Shown: in pieces, positions 10,590 through 23,821 of the stretch
Position numbering within the stretch: the stretch's first letter is position 1
Layout: the number at the start of each line of letters is the position of its first letter
Assembly: GCF_009834535.1 (NCBI RefSeq)
Contig: NC_045697.1
Coordinates: 8,868,001 to 8,932,000 of the forward strand
Origin: Camelus ferus
Lineage: Eukaryota
Length of the DNA: 64,000 nt
Direction: 5' to 3'
Position numbers and translations under genes: made by a program
The notes under the pieces: generated by a model
What the model was told of the DNA's origin: nothing
Databases searched by the model: none
The model's input: only the letters and a program-made list of their open reading frames with translations

Positions 10590-12904
10590 TCGGATATGAA
10601 TTGAGCCAAGGTTGATCTTCTTAACACTTTGTAAGATGTAGTCACATTTTTTGCAGGGGCCTGACTCCTGATCCTGAGAGAAGCTGATAAGGGCATATCA
10701 CACCGATGGTTTGGGCAAAGGTAGAGACCGGTCCTGGGAGAGAACAAGGTGCATCAAAACAATGGAGGAAGATTTTCAAACGAAGAGGAAGGGGCAAGCT
10801 AAAGGTCAAAGCCAGAAAACAGTGCCAAGGATCAACATAAGGTGAAGAGAAAGGGAACAAAAATGGCTTAAACTGTGGTTAGGTTGGCAAGCTGCAAGTA
10901 AGGTGGGTCAGGATGGAGAACTTGGGGAAAAGGCTGTCCTCAATGTGAGCAGGCAGAGCCCCCTTCCTGAGTCGGGCCAAGGGTGTGGCAGGGCTACAGT
11001 CTTTAAGGCAGGAACGCGAAGTCCGCATTCCTTCCAATGGGACATGTCTGCGTTTGGGCACATGGGGATGTGACAGGAGTTTCGTAAAACTACAGAACAA
11101 GCACGGACCATCTGCTTCTTTCATTGTAATGGAAAAGCAAACATATGTTTAGGAGTATAATGTAAAATTTCTGTGAATGCATAATCTAAAATAACAGATT
11201 TGGAAAGATTTTCTCTTGTGGTATTCACTTCAGGTTACCTTTAGAGCGCCCAGCTGAACACAGCCACTTTTGTGTGCTATTGTGGGCACCTCTACAGCTG
11301 GAAAATTTGAGAAGCACTGATGTAAAGTGCTTGATTTACATTGATTATATATATATCTGTATATCTGACTACATCTGTCTATCTGAGGCACTGATTATAT
11401 ATAATATATCTATGTATCTCCCTTGCACTATGCCTTCATATTGTAGATACTCATTAAGCATTTGTTAACCGTTTTATAACAGCCAAAGTTAAAAAAAACA
11501 GTAATGCATTTTTTTGCACAAATTTTGAACTGTGCTTTGGCGCACGCTTTTACAAACAAGAGAAAAGCATGTATAGAGAGGATACCTTTGGGAGGGGTAG
11601 GGAGGTGTACATGGTACGGAATTCTTGAAGAGTCTCAAACTTGCAAAGACATGAGCACAGCAAAGCAAGAAGTGACCAGACCAAGTGCTAATCCGCAAGC
11701 ACAACTCTTTCTAACTAAGAAATAGCTGGGGTTGAAATGACCTGAAAACACAACTGGCTAGCTTTTGTTGAGTCCTCCAGCTGCAAATCTGGAGTCTGTC
11801 TATATATTTTTCTGCCACAAAACCACATTCCTATGACTCTTCTTTCAGTTAATTATGTGAAGGTGTGTGTGGTTTTAAGCCTCTGGATCATCAGGAGGAA
11901 ATGGCATTTTTTTGAGGCCAATTTCCCATGCGGAGGAGCTACTGCTTGCTCCTGATATGCTAATGAGAAGATGAGACTCTCTGCGGAGCAGCCGGGGAGT
12001 CATCCCAGATTCCTCCCTCTTCCTTCTAACAGCTCATCAATTACCACGTCCTGAAATCTTTCTCTGCAGAGCTCTCAGATCCGCCCACTTCTCTTCATCC
12101 TTTTGCCTGGCTGAGACTGGAGTCCAGTGCTCCTGGGGAAAACGGGTAGGGGTGGTAAAGAGTCTGGGATTAACATATAAGGTAAGTATCAGCTGTAAAG
12201 TTACCTTGGGAGAAAAACATAGGGGAGAAACTCTTTAAATCATACTTAAATCATCAGACCTTGGCCCATTATAACTCAGAACTGTAGAATGAACTGTTGT
12301 TTCTCTTGCTTTTCCAACTGAGGCCATCCTTCACCTGGACCAAAGTCTGTTTTTGACAGGAGGGAAGGATGATTAAGGCAAATAAGGAAATCTCTGTTTT
12401 TAAAGTTTCACTTTCTTCCTGCTAAACACGATTGTGAAGGAAACACATGGCGGCCCTCCCCGACACTGGCAGGCCTCTCATCGGTCTTTTCTGCAGGCCG
12501 CGCTAACCCCGTCCACTTAGATAAGGGCATTAACCAAATAGGATTATATTGGCTGACTTCAGTTCTGCCACAAAGTGTTATTTGTGCCCGTGATGTTAAA
12601 AGAAAAAAGCCAGTGTTAGACTCAGCAGGCCAGAATCACAACAAACCAGAATGTGGGTTTTCTGGGGGTAAAGCCAGCTGGGATTATTGATAAAGGACAC
12701 CTTGGCCTTCTCTGCCTGCTCCCAAGGGCTAAGTCTGGATGTTCCCTCTTCTTTCTCTCACAAAATGGCCAACCGTGGGAAGTTTTCCTGCTGACCTCAT
12801 TTCTACTGCCTGAGATGGGAGTAACAGAAGGTCGGCAGGCCCGGTGTTCCTGACAGGCCTCCTGGACAGAACCCTCAATATCTGCAGCCGTGGGAGGAGC
12901 TCAG

Positions 12905-13065
12905 GGTGGCTAGAGCATCTCTGGGGTGGACAGACCTGAGTTCATATCCTGGTCTTGTCGCAGAGCTGGGCATCTATGGGAAAGTTTACAAACTAACCTG
13001 CCCCTTGTTCTTTTCATCTGTTAAATGGGGAAGTTCCCGGTGGCTGGAAGGATTACATAGGAATC
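12905..13065 (+). mobile_element. MIR SINE
   Basis: 'cagacctgagttcatatcctggtc...ttttcatctgttaaatgggg'. Confidence 0.6.
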
Positions 13066-14279
13066 TCCTGGAAGGCTTAACAGTAGAGCTGCTGCTTCTC
13101 TGTCCAGTCACAGTGCAGGGACCTTCCTGGAGGTTCCTAGAGGAGGCAGGAGGCTGGGGAAGTCTTTTCTCATCTCAGCACACTCTGTGTATTAGACCTC
13201 AGAAGTCACATGCGGGAGAACATGACTTTGAAAGCGGCTTTATTTGAGCACTCTTTAATCCATTTTCCTGTCTTTTCTCGAACACAGTCACCCTCAGGTG
13301 ACAGTGCAGCTTTATCAGCTGCAAGCCCTGGGCTCTGTTCAGAGAGGAAGGTCACCGTCTGTGACCACAGAGTTATATATGGACATCTGCCTGGCTGGCC
13401 TGCCTGGGAGAGAGGAAGGATGTTTGTCTTTCTAACTCCTGACTGAAACAGCATTTTTCACCTACTTTCTAGTTTGTGGCCACGTATGGTAACACCAGGA
13501 TAAACCGAAGAAGGGAAGCCCGACTTCTTTCTCCTTGTAATGTAGCCCCCCCTTACTATGACCTTTCACACCACCTAGAAGCTCTAGCCCTTTGGAGGGG
13601 CAAGTAGTTTTAACTTGGAAGCCAGCCTGATCCACTGGACATGGGTGCCTCTGAGGCTTTAAGAAGGGGCCTGAGCTCACCCCTACACACCAGAGAAAGA
13701 GAGCCCTGATTCCTTTACCAAGTCTTCCGCGGGCGTGGATGGAGGAGTGGGGCCACGTGTCTCCCACATCTTATCCACCCTCAGAATTCTTTCCTTCATG
13801 GTGCCCAGCTCCTCTCTCCACCTTTTGCCTTCTTGTAGGATATTGGCAGAACACGGGAAGGAAATGCACGAACAGGTGACATAGCCTAACCTTTCTCATC
13901 TTTGTATGCGCTCAGTACTTTGTTCCTCTTTTAACTAGTGCCTCACTGAATGTGTAGCCATGATTTGTCTTTGTCACTGTGCGTGTCTCCTTCCATTGCC
14001 ACTCTGCAGATGTCTTGAGGTCAGGGATCTTTGTCCTTCTACTATCCCCCACCTCGTACCTCCCGCTCCAGGACCTGGTACAATGCCTGACACATAACAG
14101 TCATTGTTCTATTGCCCAGCACAAGCTTTTAATTCTACTCTCTTAAATCATCCACCCTGCCAACAAAAGTTTCTCTCTAAAATACAAGTACAATCTTGTC
14201 CCACTTCTACTTAAAACCCTTAGTGACTCCCAGCTGGCTAAAGGATGAAGTCCAAGGTCTAAATCCTTTAATTTTTCAC

Positions 14280-14800
14280 TAATTTTTTTTATTATTAAAG
14301 TAAAATTGATTTACAATGTTGTGTTAATTTCTGACATACAGCATAGTGATTCAGTTATACACACACACATACATATATACATATATATATATACATACTT
14401 ATATTCCCTTTCATGTTCTTTCTCTTAAAAATTTTTTTTTATTGAACTACAGTCAGTTACAATGTGCCAATTTCTGGTGTACAGCACAGTGTCCCAGTCA
14501 TGCATATACACACATATATTCGTTTTCATATTCTTTTTCATTAAAGATTATTACAGGCTATTGGACATAGTTCCCTGTGCTCTACAGTTAGACACGTTGT
14601 TATCTATCTTGTATATAGTAGTTTGTACCTGCTAACTTCAGATTCCTAATTTATCCCTTCCCTCCCCTTTCCCCTTTGGTAACCACAAGTTTATTTTCTA
14701 TGTCTCTGAATCTGTTGTTTTGTAAGTAAGTTCATTTGTGTCTTTTTTTTTTTAATTTAGATTGCACATGTAGGTGATATATGATATTTGTCTTTCTCCA
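14280..14800 (-). mobile_element. L1 3' UTR fragment containing two tandem 3' termini
   Basis: Two T-tailed L1 termini start at ~14282 and ~14431. Similar to the L1 at 3952-4407. Possible degenerate TSD taaatcc(c)tt at ~14260 and ~14803. Confidence 0.88.
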
Positions 14801-15007
14801 TTTAAATCCCTTATTTTGGAAAAACACATTTTTCAAGATTTTGTTCTCACCTAGTTCTCTGAATCACTGGCCACTACTCTTTCATAAACACTGCATTACT
14901 TTCTATTCTGAGCCTTTACATCTTAGGTTACTGCACTTAGACACCCACTCTCCATTGCCCACCCCGTGGACTGCTGTTCATCTTTTCGAACTCCATGTCT
15001 TAAAGGG

Positions 15008-15245
15008 AGGTGATGTAGTATAGTTGTTAAAAATGTGGGTCAGCCCCTGGGCTGCTTGGGCTTCAGTGCTAACTCTAGTTGTGTGAACTTGTGCAAGTTA
15101 CTTACATTTTCCCAGTGAGAGTTTTCTTATCTGTAAAATATGGGGCAGTAATGTGTTTGGTGGGAGAAATCGATGCGCTAATCTTTACGAAGTACGGAGT
15201 ATTTTGCTTCACACCTGGCACATAGTGACTATTCAGTTAAATTGA
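15008..15245 (+). mobile_element. MIR SINE
   Basis: 'tagttgtgtgaacttgtgcaagttactt...gttttcttatctgtaaaat...cctggcacatagt'. Confidence 0.75.
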
Positions 15246-16979
15246 TCTACTTTCTTCACTGGGATTCAGAGCCAAGCTCATAGTCTGTTGAGGGAAACAG
15301 ACAAGACTGCCAGATAGCTTGATAAGGGTTGTACCCACGGTGTGAAAAGGTTGCAAAGAGAGCACAAAGGGAAAGCCCAGAAGCAGAGCACCAGACCCAG
15401 CTGGGGGACAGGGTGTCTGAGGAAATGCTTCTGAGAGGAGGGGACGCTTGAGCTGAGTTCTGAAGGATGGGTCAGAAGTGTGGCACAGTGATGGGGATGC
15501 AGTGATGTGTGGCGCTGGGGCTTCATGGACCTTATCTGGCTATAACATGCAGCTATGTTAGGGTCAGAGACAGTTACCCAAAAGTGAATGTCCTGGATGT
15601 GAGTGTTGTTGGGTGCTTTCGGATGCAGTAGACCATAAGCAATTTAGATACTGTGTCCCTTTCTCATATGCAGAAGAAAACTGTAAGGAAGAGTGCTCAG
15701 GCAGCAAAAGCTTTTTCCCTCATGGAAGAGCAGATGAAAGGTAAGTATGTACCTTTCCCTGTGAGCCAGAGTGTGGGAGCCTCCCAGGGAAGCTTCTCAG
15801 TCTCTCTCCTACTCTTGATAAATAGAATAAATAGACATGGGTTATATACTTAGCCTTTATCCCCTTCTTCATGGAGAAAGGGGTGAGAGTGGGTATGCTG
15901 GGGCTGAATGGCCCCCAGGAAGGAAGAGCAGACTATTTCACCCTTACCATCCCAAGGTAGACCAGTAGCCCGAGGGCAGTGATGACAGTTCAAATTCCAT
16001 TGCTGCCTTTAGCACGCATGAAGCAAAACAAACTCTTGATCTCTCTCTCTCTCTGTCCAAGAGCATCCTTTGTGATTTGTCGAAGTAATTTCCACCACTA
16101 AATGGAAAAAGGAGGGAAGCAATTTTTGTTGTGTGTAGGAGTCCAAAAAGAGCGGTCCTCATGGGATTTTTTTTCACTGAGTGGAGGAAACTTTATTTTA
16201 ATGCACAGGAGTTTGATAGATAGCAGAGTGTATACAGGGTGAAGTGGGGAGAGAGCACTGGAAGAAGATGGCATGGCATGGCATGAAGAAAAGTGTGACA
16301 CTAGGATATGTTAAAGATCAGAAGAGACATCATAAAATATTTTTTTTCTTTGAAATTGAAATTGGACATAAATAACAGGGGAAAAGATCAAGTCTGACAT
16401 GTGAAAAGGCAATGTGAATGCGATAGATGAATTTCAACTGAAAGAAATGCAAGAGAAAATAATAAGAAACATATTCATTAGTAGTGGCCCTGTGGCTGAC
16501 AGAAACGCTGAGTAAAAGATGCGTAGAAGAACAAGTATCCCGTAACATGGATATTTAAATGAATACATGCCTTCCTTTTACATTCCTGGAGGCGGCTTCT
16601 TCAGGAGTTCCTTTCTTTAGCAGCTGATTCAAAAGAGAAGCCGCAGATTAAAATATTACTAGTTATGTGGTTAGGATTCTTGGGAGTCTGTGTGCAGACG
16701 TCTGATAGGTGCTGGGTAATCCCTCAAAAATAGAAGTTGCCGTTACTGCTAGCCGTTATGTGGGTATCTAAAATGAGGTGGCTATCAATCCTTTGGGGGA
16801 AAGAAATAAGAGTTTATAAAATGTATCTTTGCTACATGGAGGGAGAGGTGTTAATATGTTGTTTTGATCAAACACTGACATTTTGTCTTTCATAAGAAAG
16901 AATAGATGACAGAGATTCTCACCCAGAGTCTATGAATAGGTTTTGTGGAGTTTAAAAACATTCTGAAAATTTGTTGAAA

Positions 16980-17051
16980 GTGTATGTGTGTGTGTGTGTG
17001 CACTGCGCACGTGTGTGTGCATGTGTGTGCACATACGTGTGCGTCTGTGTT
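16980..17051. repeat. Imperfect (TG)n / purine-pyrimidine microsatellite
   Basis: Directly visible in the sequence. Confidence 0.85.
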
Positions 17052-17722
17052 GTCTCATTCTGTAAGTGGACGTGAATATTGGACTCCTTTGCTTTCTAAT
17101 TAATACCTCGGTTACCTATGAAACTGTATAGCCCTCTTTTATTAAAGAATCAAGGTCTAACGTTTGTGACATAACATTATTATTACACCTGAGGCTTCAA
17201 CCCAGCTTTTCTGACCTCAGATTTGTTGGCATGCATTTCCACTACATTATACTGATCTTGTTTGGGGATTTAAGCATAAACATGGCACAAGTAAATTCAG
17301 TTGGTTTTGGGGAATATTAACCTTTTCTGAATACCATTTTATGCTACTGTCAAGAGCTCAAAAGAGGATGCCGTTCTCTCCTAAGTGTCATCCACTGGAA
17401 TTCTTAATAATGACCAGTGTCTCTCTTTTTCCCCCATTCTAGATGCCCACATGGAAATTTAAAAATCAGTCAGTAGTCTATATTGTGTCTCCAGATTGAG
17501 ACAGCATGTCATGAGGACAGAGTAACTAGGTCTTGACCTGGGTGCGTTTGTTTCTATCAGACACTTCAGTGTCGTGGGAATAAGGCCAACACTCTCTTGT
17601 TTCATCCTGTGATCAGGCTGAAAATCAATGCTCCTTGTAGATGACATTTATCTGTCAAGGCTAGCGACTGATGGTTCCTTCATTCCTTGTGAGGAATTTG
17701 AATTTCAGAACCAATTTTCTCA

Positions 17723-17758
17723 GCCTTGCTCGCCTTGCTCGCCTTGCTCGCCTTGCTC
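17723..17758. repeat. Tandem repeat (GCCTTGCTC)x4
   Basis: Four perfect 9-bp units are directly visible. Confidence 0.95.
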
Positions 17759-20700
17759 AGCCATGAGAATTTCTTCCCAATGCTATGTAGAATCCTATTT
17801 TACCATTTCAAATGAGTTTGGGTTTCTTGGTTCTCCTTTTTTCCCTAAAACATAATTTTTCTGTTATTTAAAAATAATTTAATAAATGAGCAGGATGAAA
17901 CATTTAAACAGTGCAAATGGTACAGAAATTCTAAAAGTTACAATGAGATGTTTTCACATTTGGGAAGTGCAGTCCCCAGCACGCCCACTCTCCAGTGAAG
18001 AAGAGGTCCACGCCGTCATTTATTTTGTATTCATCCAGAAACGTCCTGAGGGACTTCGTACAAAAAGATGTACAAATAACTTGAAACAAACTTGAGACAG
18101 AATGGTTTTGCACTTTTTTCCCCCCATTTAAAACTATTTTGGAGCTGTCAGCATGATGTTCTAGCTTACTTTTTTAAATGGCTAGCTGGCTGGTATTCTG
18201 CTGTCATGATGGGGCACACTACAATCAGCCCCGCAATTTAGTTGCTTTACTCTCTTCTTCCTTGGCCGGCAACCACTGCTACCGTAAACACCCTTCCACA
18301 TACATCTGTGCACACATGGGCATGGATACCTGTGAGATGTATCTGTACATTATGTTTCCAGAAGAAGAATTCCTGGGTCCGAAGAATCTGTTCACCTTGC
18401 TCCGTTTCACCATCTTTATTTCTATATTTATCCAATAGCCTAATTAATTAATTAACCAATTAATTGTTTTAAACTTTTTTTTAACAAAGTTACAAATATA
18501 CATACTCGGTTAAGGTTGAAAGCAAAAGCAAAACAAAACAAAAAAGCCAAAAAACAATGAAAGCTCCCTAGTCATTAAATTGAGTTCTTTTAAATAACAT
18601 ATAAAGAAAATTTTCTTTCACCTATGAAACTCCTCCAGGAATTTTTGCTGCCTCCGTATAGTTACTGCCTGCTCCAATCTGAATTTGACTTACAAAAGTG
18701 TAAGTGTCATATTGCTTCTTTACAATTTTTGTCCCCTTTGAGCACTCTGTGGTCATGGAATGGCTTAAATTTTCTCTTGGTTGATTTCTTGGTCCATAAT
18801 TGGCTTTCCTACCACGTAGCCACTTGGTCTTCCTTTTAACAGGTGGCATAGTCTTATTTTAGGTGTGAATATCTGTTATTTAATCAACACTTTGAAAAGC
18901 TACAATAACTTTCACTTCATTCTCGGTTACAAATGCTTATATATGAAGTTGAGGATCTACCCTAGGTCCTGGGATTTGTCTTAATCCTGGCAAAACCCAA
19001 TATTGCAGAGTAGGCTCCCATATCAATAAATTCTCCTTTACCTGCCTTTCTGTTTCACCCACACCTGCCCTGATCCAGCACCCTCTGATCTAGTCCTGCA
19101 CAAATTCACCCAGAAACTGCTGGCACATGCTGGCCACGCTCTGCAACTCCTTCGGAGGACAGCCCGTTTCCTCCCTTTGCAGGCCAAGCACTTCCTTGGC
19201 TGGGTGATACTGTGATTTGACCCCAGTTATTGGTCTGGTGGCCGGGTAGGGAGACAGAGTACAGACCTAAGATTAAGGGAGGGGCCAACTTATTTTGCAA
19301 GGGAGAGACTTCTGCATCATATCGGAGCAAGGGGAGGAGAAACAGGCTTTAACGTGGAGGGATGGGCCATGTCTCCAAGTCCACAGGGCCAGGAGAATCT
19401 GAAAACTGAGGATTTCTGAGGGCATTGACACCGAGATTTCCATCCTACAGTTTGGAGCTCCACTCCTTTCTAATCAGACCTCAGACCAAAGCAGAGCAGA
19501 CTTGCCAGGGCTGAGAATTCAACCGACTCTGAGCTCCTTTTCCCCTATGCTTGTGTTCTGGGTCTGATCCTTACTTTTTTTCTGTCCTCTGACGGCAGAA
19601 GTTGAGGAATCTGTATGCTGCCAAGGAGGCCCTACATGACTTCTAATAATAATAGTGAGCTTGAAAAGGACACAGCTTTTATTTGATTTGAAAGTTTAAA
19701 TAATTTAATATTTCTTTGCCTACTGTACAAAACCCTGTTCATATAAAACTGTTTTTGGAAGTGACATGAAAGGGCTCACCTAATGAGATGGTGGGGGTCA
19801 GCTCTACTGGGTAAAAATTTCAGCTCACTGGGCTGCTCACGTTTGAATGCTCAGCCTTGACTTTCCCCAAAGCATCCCACAGTCAGTATGTGTCTCCCCA
19901 AAGTAAAAGTCAATGACAATCTCCTGCAAGGGGAAGATCCAATTGTGTCTCTAGAATGAAGATCAATGCGATCACTACAAGTAAACCATGTCTGACCTTA
20001 CTCTTTCTAAGAAGGAAAAAAATCAACGGGGCATGAAAAGAGTCAGCAGATTCAGTTTTGAGAGGTGAGAAATGGGGAACAAGTTCATACTGTGCTCATC
20101 CATCATTGGACTTTAGTAAGATCATTAAGGTTCAAACTACAGATAAAGAAAAATTTATTCAGTTCTGCTGTTGAAAATCCTAGCACCAGTTCAGCTCAAT
20201 TCAATTCAATTCTTCAATTCAATTCAGTTCAGCAAGCATTCATAAAGTATCAACATTGTATATGACTTTATGCTATCTGCAAAAAAAAAACAAAAACAAA
20301 AACAAAAAAAAAATAAAACCAAAAACCAAAAACCAATCTCTGGCTGCTCATTCGATTATTTTATACCAGACTCTGCTAGGTGCTGGGAGTAAGCATATAT
20401 AGAGAGAAATGCAGACACAGCAAATCTATTGTGGTAAATGCCAGAGGACATGATTAAAATGCTTCAGCGGGAAACACGAGCTGTGTGTTCATGGAAAAAG
20501 CAGGTGATGTCTGAGCTGCGGCCACAAGATGATATGAAGGGTTTAGTTTAGTTCCTTCTGACGATTATTTATTGAGGTATATGCTGTGTGTTGGACCCTA
20601 GCACGGGCGCTGGCATTGGGGAGGCAAGGAAAGCATCGCAGCTGCGCCCAGGGAGCTCACAACACGATGCAGCAAGTGGAAGCAACAGTCTGAAAGACCT

Positions 20701-20904
20701 CGTAACCTGGCTGAAGAGACAAGTGAGCTCACAAGGAAAGTCTCATTTGTAAACTGGTTCAACATGTCTACTTTCCAAGACAGTCTTTGGTCTTTTTGCA
20801 GTTGTTGTGTTTTGCCCTCATTATGGCAGTAACACTCTCAGGAAAATGCCACGTAACTGGGAATAAGAACGTGTGCACAGGTACAGTGACAAAGAAGTTT
20901 CCAG

Positions 20905-21160
20905 CTTGTTTATGGATTACGGTGCATTCATACAATGGAATACGTACAACGCCACTGTTTAAAAGTGGTGCAAATAAACATGCAATAGAACGGGAAGTTA
21001 CCTATGATATATAGTTGAATTAAAAATTCAGGTAACAGTACAGTATTACAATGTGATTCCACTCCTGTAAGTTTTTATTGTACATTCACAGAAAGAATGT
21101 AAGAAGAGGATCTAAGATGTTAATGGGTTCTCTTCGAAGGCAGTAATTATGAGAAGAGGC
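20905..21160 (+). mobile_element. Old L1M (L1ME/MC-like) 3' fragment
   Basis: 'ttacggtgcattcatacaatggaatac' resembles the L1 ORF2 end motif. It is followed by 'tatagttgaattaaaaa...tgtgattcca'. Confidence 0.6.
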
Positions 21161-21169
21161 TGGGAATGG

Positions 21170-21310
21170 TACCCCTCCTCTCCTTTCCTCTCCCCTCTTC
21201 CCCTCTTTTCTTTTCTCTCTCTTTTACTTTCTCCCTCTTTCCTTTTCTCTTTCTCTTCCTCATTCTTTTCCTCCTCCTCCTCCATTTCCACCTCCTTCTT
21301 CTCTCCTATT
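21170..21310. repeat. CT-rich polypyrimidine low-complexity tract
   Basis: Directly visible in the sequence. Confidence 0.9.
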
Positions 21311-23385
21311 GCCATGTGTATTTCCTTCCTTTTTCTGCAGCAAATCTAAGTTACCTGAGGAATGGGGAAAAAAAAGCTAAGAAAAAGTTAATTTAACAAA
21401 ACCCTTTAAGCCAAATAAGCACTTCTATAGTTAGGACAATCCTCCTTTTATGGCATTTGTTCCTCAGAAGAATCCAGTGCTGTTGGAAGGACAGATATCA
21501 TTACTATTTTTGCTGCTGTTGTTACTTTATTTCCTTGGACTGGTAACATTTTGAGGTTTTAACTGGTGTGCCTTCTTCACGCCCAGATCGTAAAACAAGA
21601 TACAAATAATCGGCAGAATTAGAAACAAAGGCTACAAACACTTGCCACGGAAAGATCTGGATGCGTATTTTGCAGAACAAATTTTCCCATTGGCAGAGGT
21701 CATGGAAAAAAGGTGGCAAAGGCTGGGGAAGAGACAGGAAAACATGATAGAGAGGAGTGGAGAGACTCAATCTGAGACCCCTGGGGCTGCATGGAAGCTG
21801 AGTGGGCGTGGTCTTCAGGCTCCTATCCTTGTCTAGGAGGGACCACCAAGTGATACCCATTCACTCACCATCTGTCAATCTTCTAGTCTGGAGTGTTGCT
21901 CATCCAAGCCAGAGATTCTGCCCAACTCCCCTGCATCTGTGTGGACACTGCCTGCCTCTTAGCCTGAGCAACCTACTGTTGAATTTCCATTTTGTTGACA
22001 GGAGTGGAGATTTTAGGAGGCTGAGTATTGCCTAGAAATTACCAGCATAGTGGAAGCTAAAACTTGAGCCTCATGAATCCCTCTTGAGCACTCTTTCTTG
22101 TGCCCCCACAATACTGATGAAAATTTGACTTGTGGATCATGGTTATTCAAAGCCAACAGTCCTGTCCCTCATTGCTCCTTGGGCAATTACTTCTTTTTGT
22201 AATGAGAAATAAACAAGAAGGTGACAAGCTCCTGAAGTAGTTGTGTCATTTCCAACCTGGTCCTCCACTCCTGCAGCTAGAGACAGGGTTATTTCTGGTG
22301 AAAACCTTGCTGTAAAGTACACCAATCAATTTTCCTTACAAATGGTTTCTAAAGTGTAATTATGTAATCAAGCACTCTCATAAACAAGCCAGGCCTTGAC
22401 ACAGAGTGATGGGATGCAGTAATATTTTAAATAAAAGATGATCACACAGCCATTTATTTTGTAGTCCAATTTTCAGGGTTGGGAACTGAACATTAATGGC
22501 AGTTTCAAGATTAGCAGCAAGCTAAATGTGAAACTCTGTGAGCCAATGCCTTCGACATAAACAAATATACAAAAATAGCACCCTGCAACTGTTTGCAAAG
22601 TCTGACAGAGTTTCAGAGTTTTCCGCAAAGCAGAGGGTGCAAAGAGTACCAGATTCATCAAATTCTGGCAGCGATCTGTTCAAAAATAATGGTTTTGTCT
22701 ACAAATGGAAACTGCTAACAGCTTTCTCTGTCCACTGCTATCGTCTTTCCATCTGTTTGGGTTTTATAATCATGTTGCCTTTGGAAAATTACAACACAGA
22801 GCATATTCTCCCGGAGGTCTGTTGTGGAGCTGAATATTCTGGGCCATGAAATGGTGACAACGGTGAACAGTTTCCCTGCAGAAGCGTTACAACTGTGGCA
22901 TCCCAAAAAGCTGCCCCAGTGCTGCAAGGCTCCGGCAGGAGTGGAGCATCAAACTGCGTTTAGTAGAGCACAATTTGAAAAACTTTCACGTACACTTGAA
23001 TGGCCACAATCTAACACTTGGGGTGCTTCGGAATACAGCTGCTTCTATCTCCCTCCTTCTTTCATCTTTCCTCCTTACTCTTTTTCTTTTCATCTCCCTA
23101 CCAAAGACATTTTTATCCAGTATGTGCCAAGTCATGAGGCATCTGGACAGCTCCTCTGTCTAGCCTGTGATCTGCCCAATAAAGAACACTATTCCTTTGT
23201 ATGTCCAGATCCTCTGCTCAGAGCTTGGCTCATGGTGGGTGTTCAGCGCCTAACTGCTGAATAAATAAATGAACGAATGATGCTGTATCTTTTGTGTAAT
23301 GCTTTATACCTTATACATCCCTATATGCTTTGTAAAACATTTTCACTGATAACTGTCCTCAAAACTTATGAGGACGTCATCTCAA

Positions 23386-23821
23386 TGTGTTGCTTCAAGT
23401 CCTTCAAGAGGCAGATGCTAAGATGCCGTTAAATGTGCAAGAGATTAATTATGGAAACTGGCCTTGAGGGAAAAAGATGAAGGAGCAGTGGAGAATGGGG
23501 AACCATCAGACCATGATGAAGGTTTTACTCCTATGGAGGAGAGAGAAAGGAATTTGGAGGAGTAAAAGCCTTTGACTGATATGCAGTCTGAAGAATGTTT
23601 CATCAAAGCTGATGGAGAGTCTCTTGCCAAAGTCACCAGTCAGAGGAGTCCCACATCTCCCTAAGATGCACCTTCCTCTCTCAGAAGTGACTCTGCCACA
23701 TTTAGACTTTGGCTGGTAGTGCCAGGATAGTGATGGATTTCAGACAGCATGACTGGGGCCCCTAGTTAATTACACTCCACGCAGTGGGACATCTGAGAGG
23801 TACATTTTTATGCTCACCACA
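23386..23821 (-). mobile_element. LTR16-family (ERVL) solo LTR, inserted into a MIR
   Basis: Reverse complement begins TGTGG...CTCTCAGATGTCCCACTGCG...GTAATTAACTAGGGGCCCCAG...CTGAAATCCATCAC, like LTR16A. The MIR core 'aggaaactgagacccagagaaattaag' resumes right after it. Confidence 0.8.

Noticed and set aside
16330..16550. Purine-rich stretch vaguely reminiscent of an ancient RTE-type LINE ORF
   Set aside because: No convincing motif by eye. It would need a Dfam HMM hit.
16592..16645. 9-bp inverted repeat GCGGCTTCT...AGAAGCCGC
   Set aside because: The stem is too short and the interior pairs poorly. Not a credible miRNA hairpin.
21112..21396. E/K-rich and F/L/S-rich ORFs (also 55810-56198 and 26897-27181)
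   Set aside because: These are translations of CT/GA low-complexity tracts.
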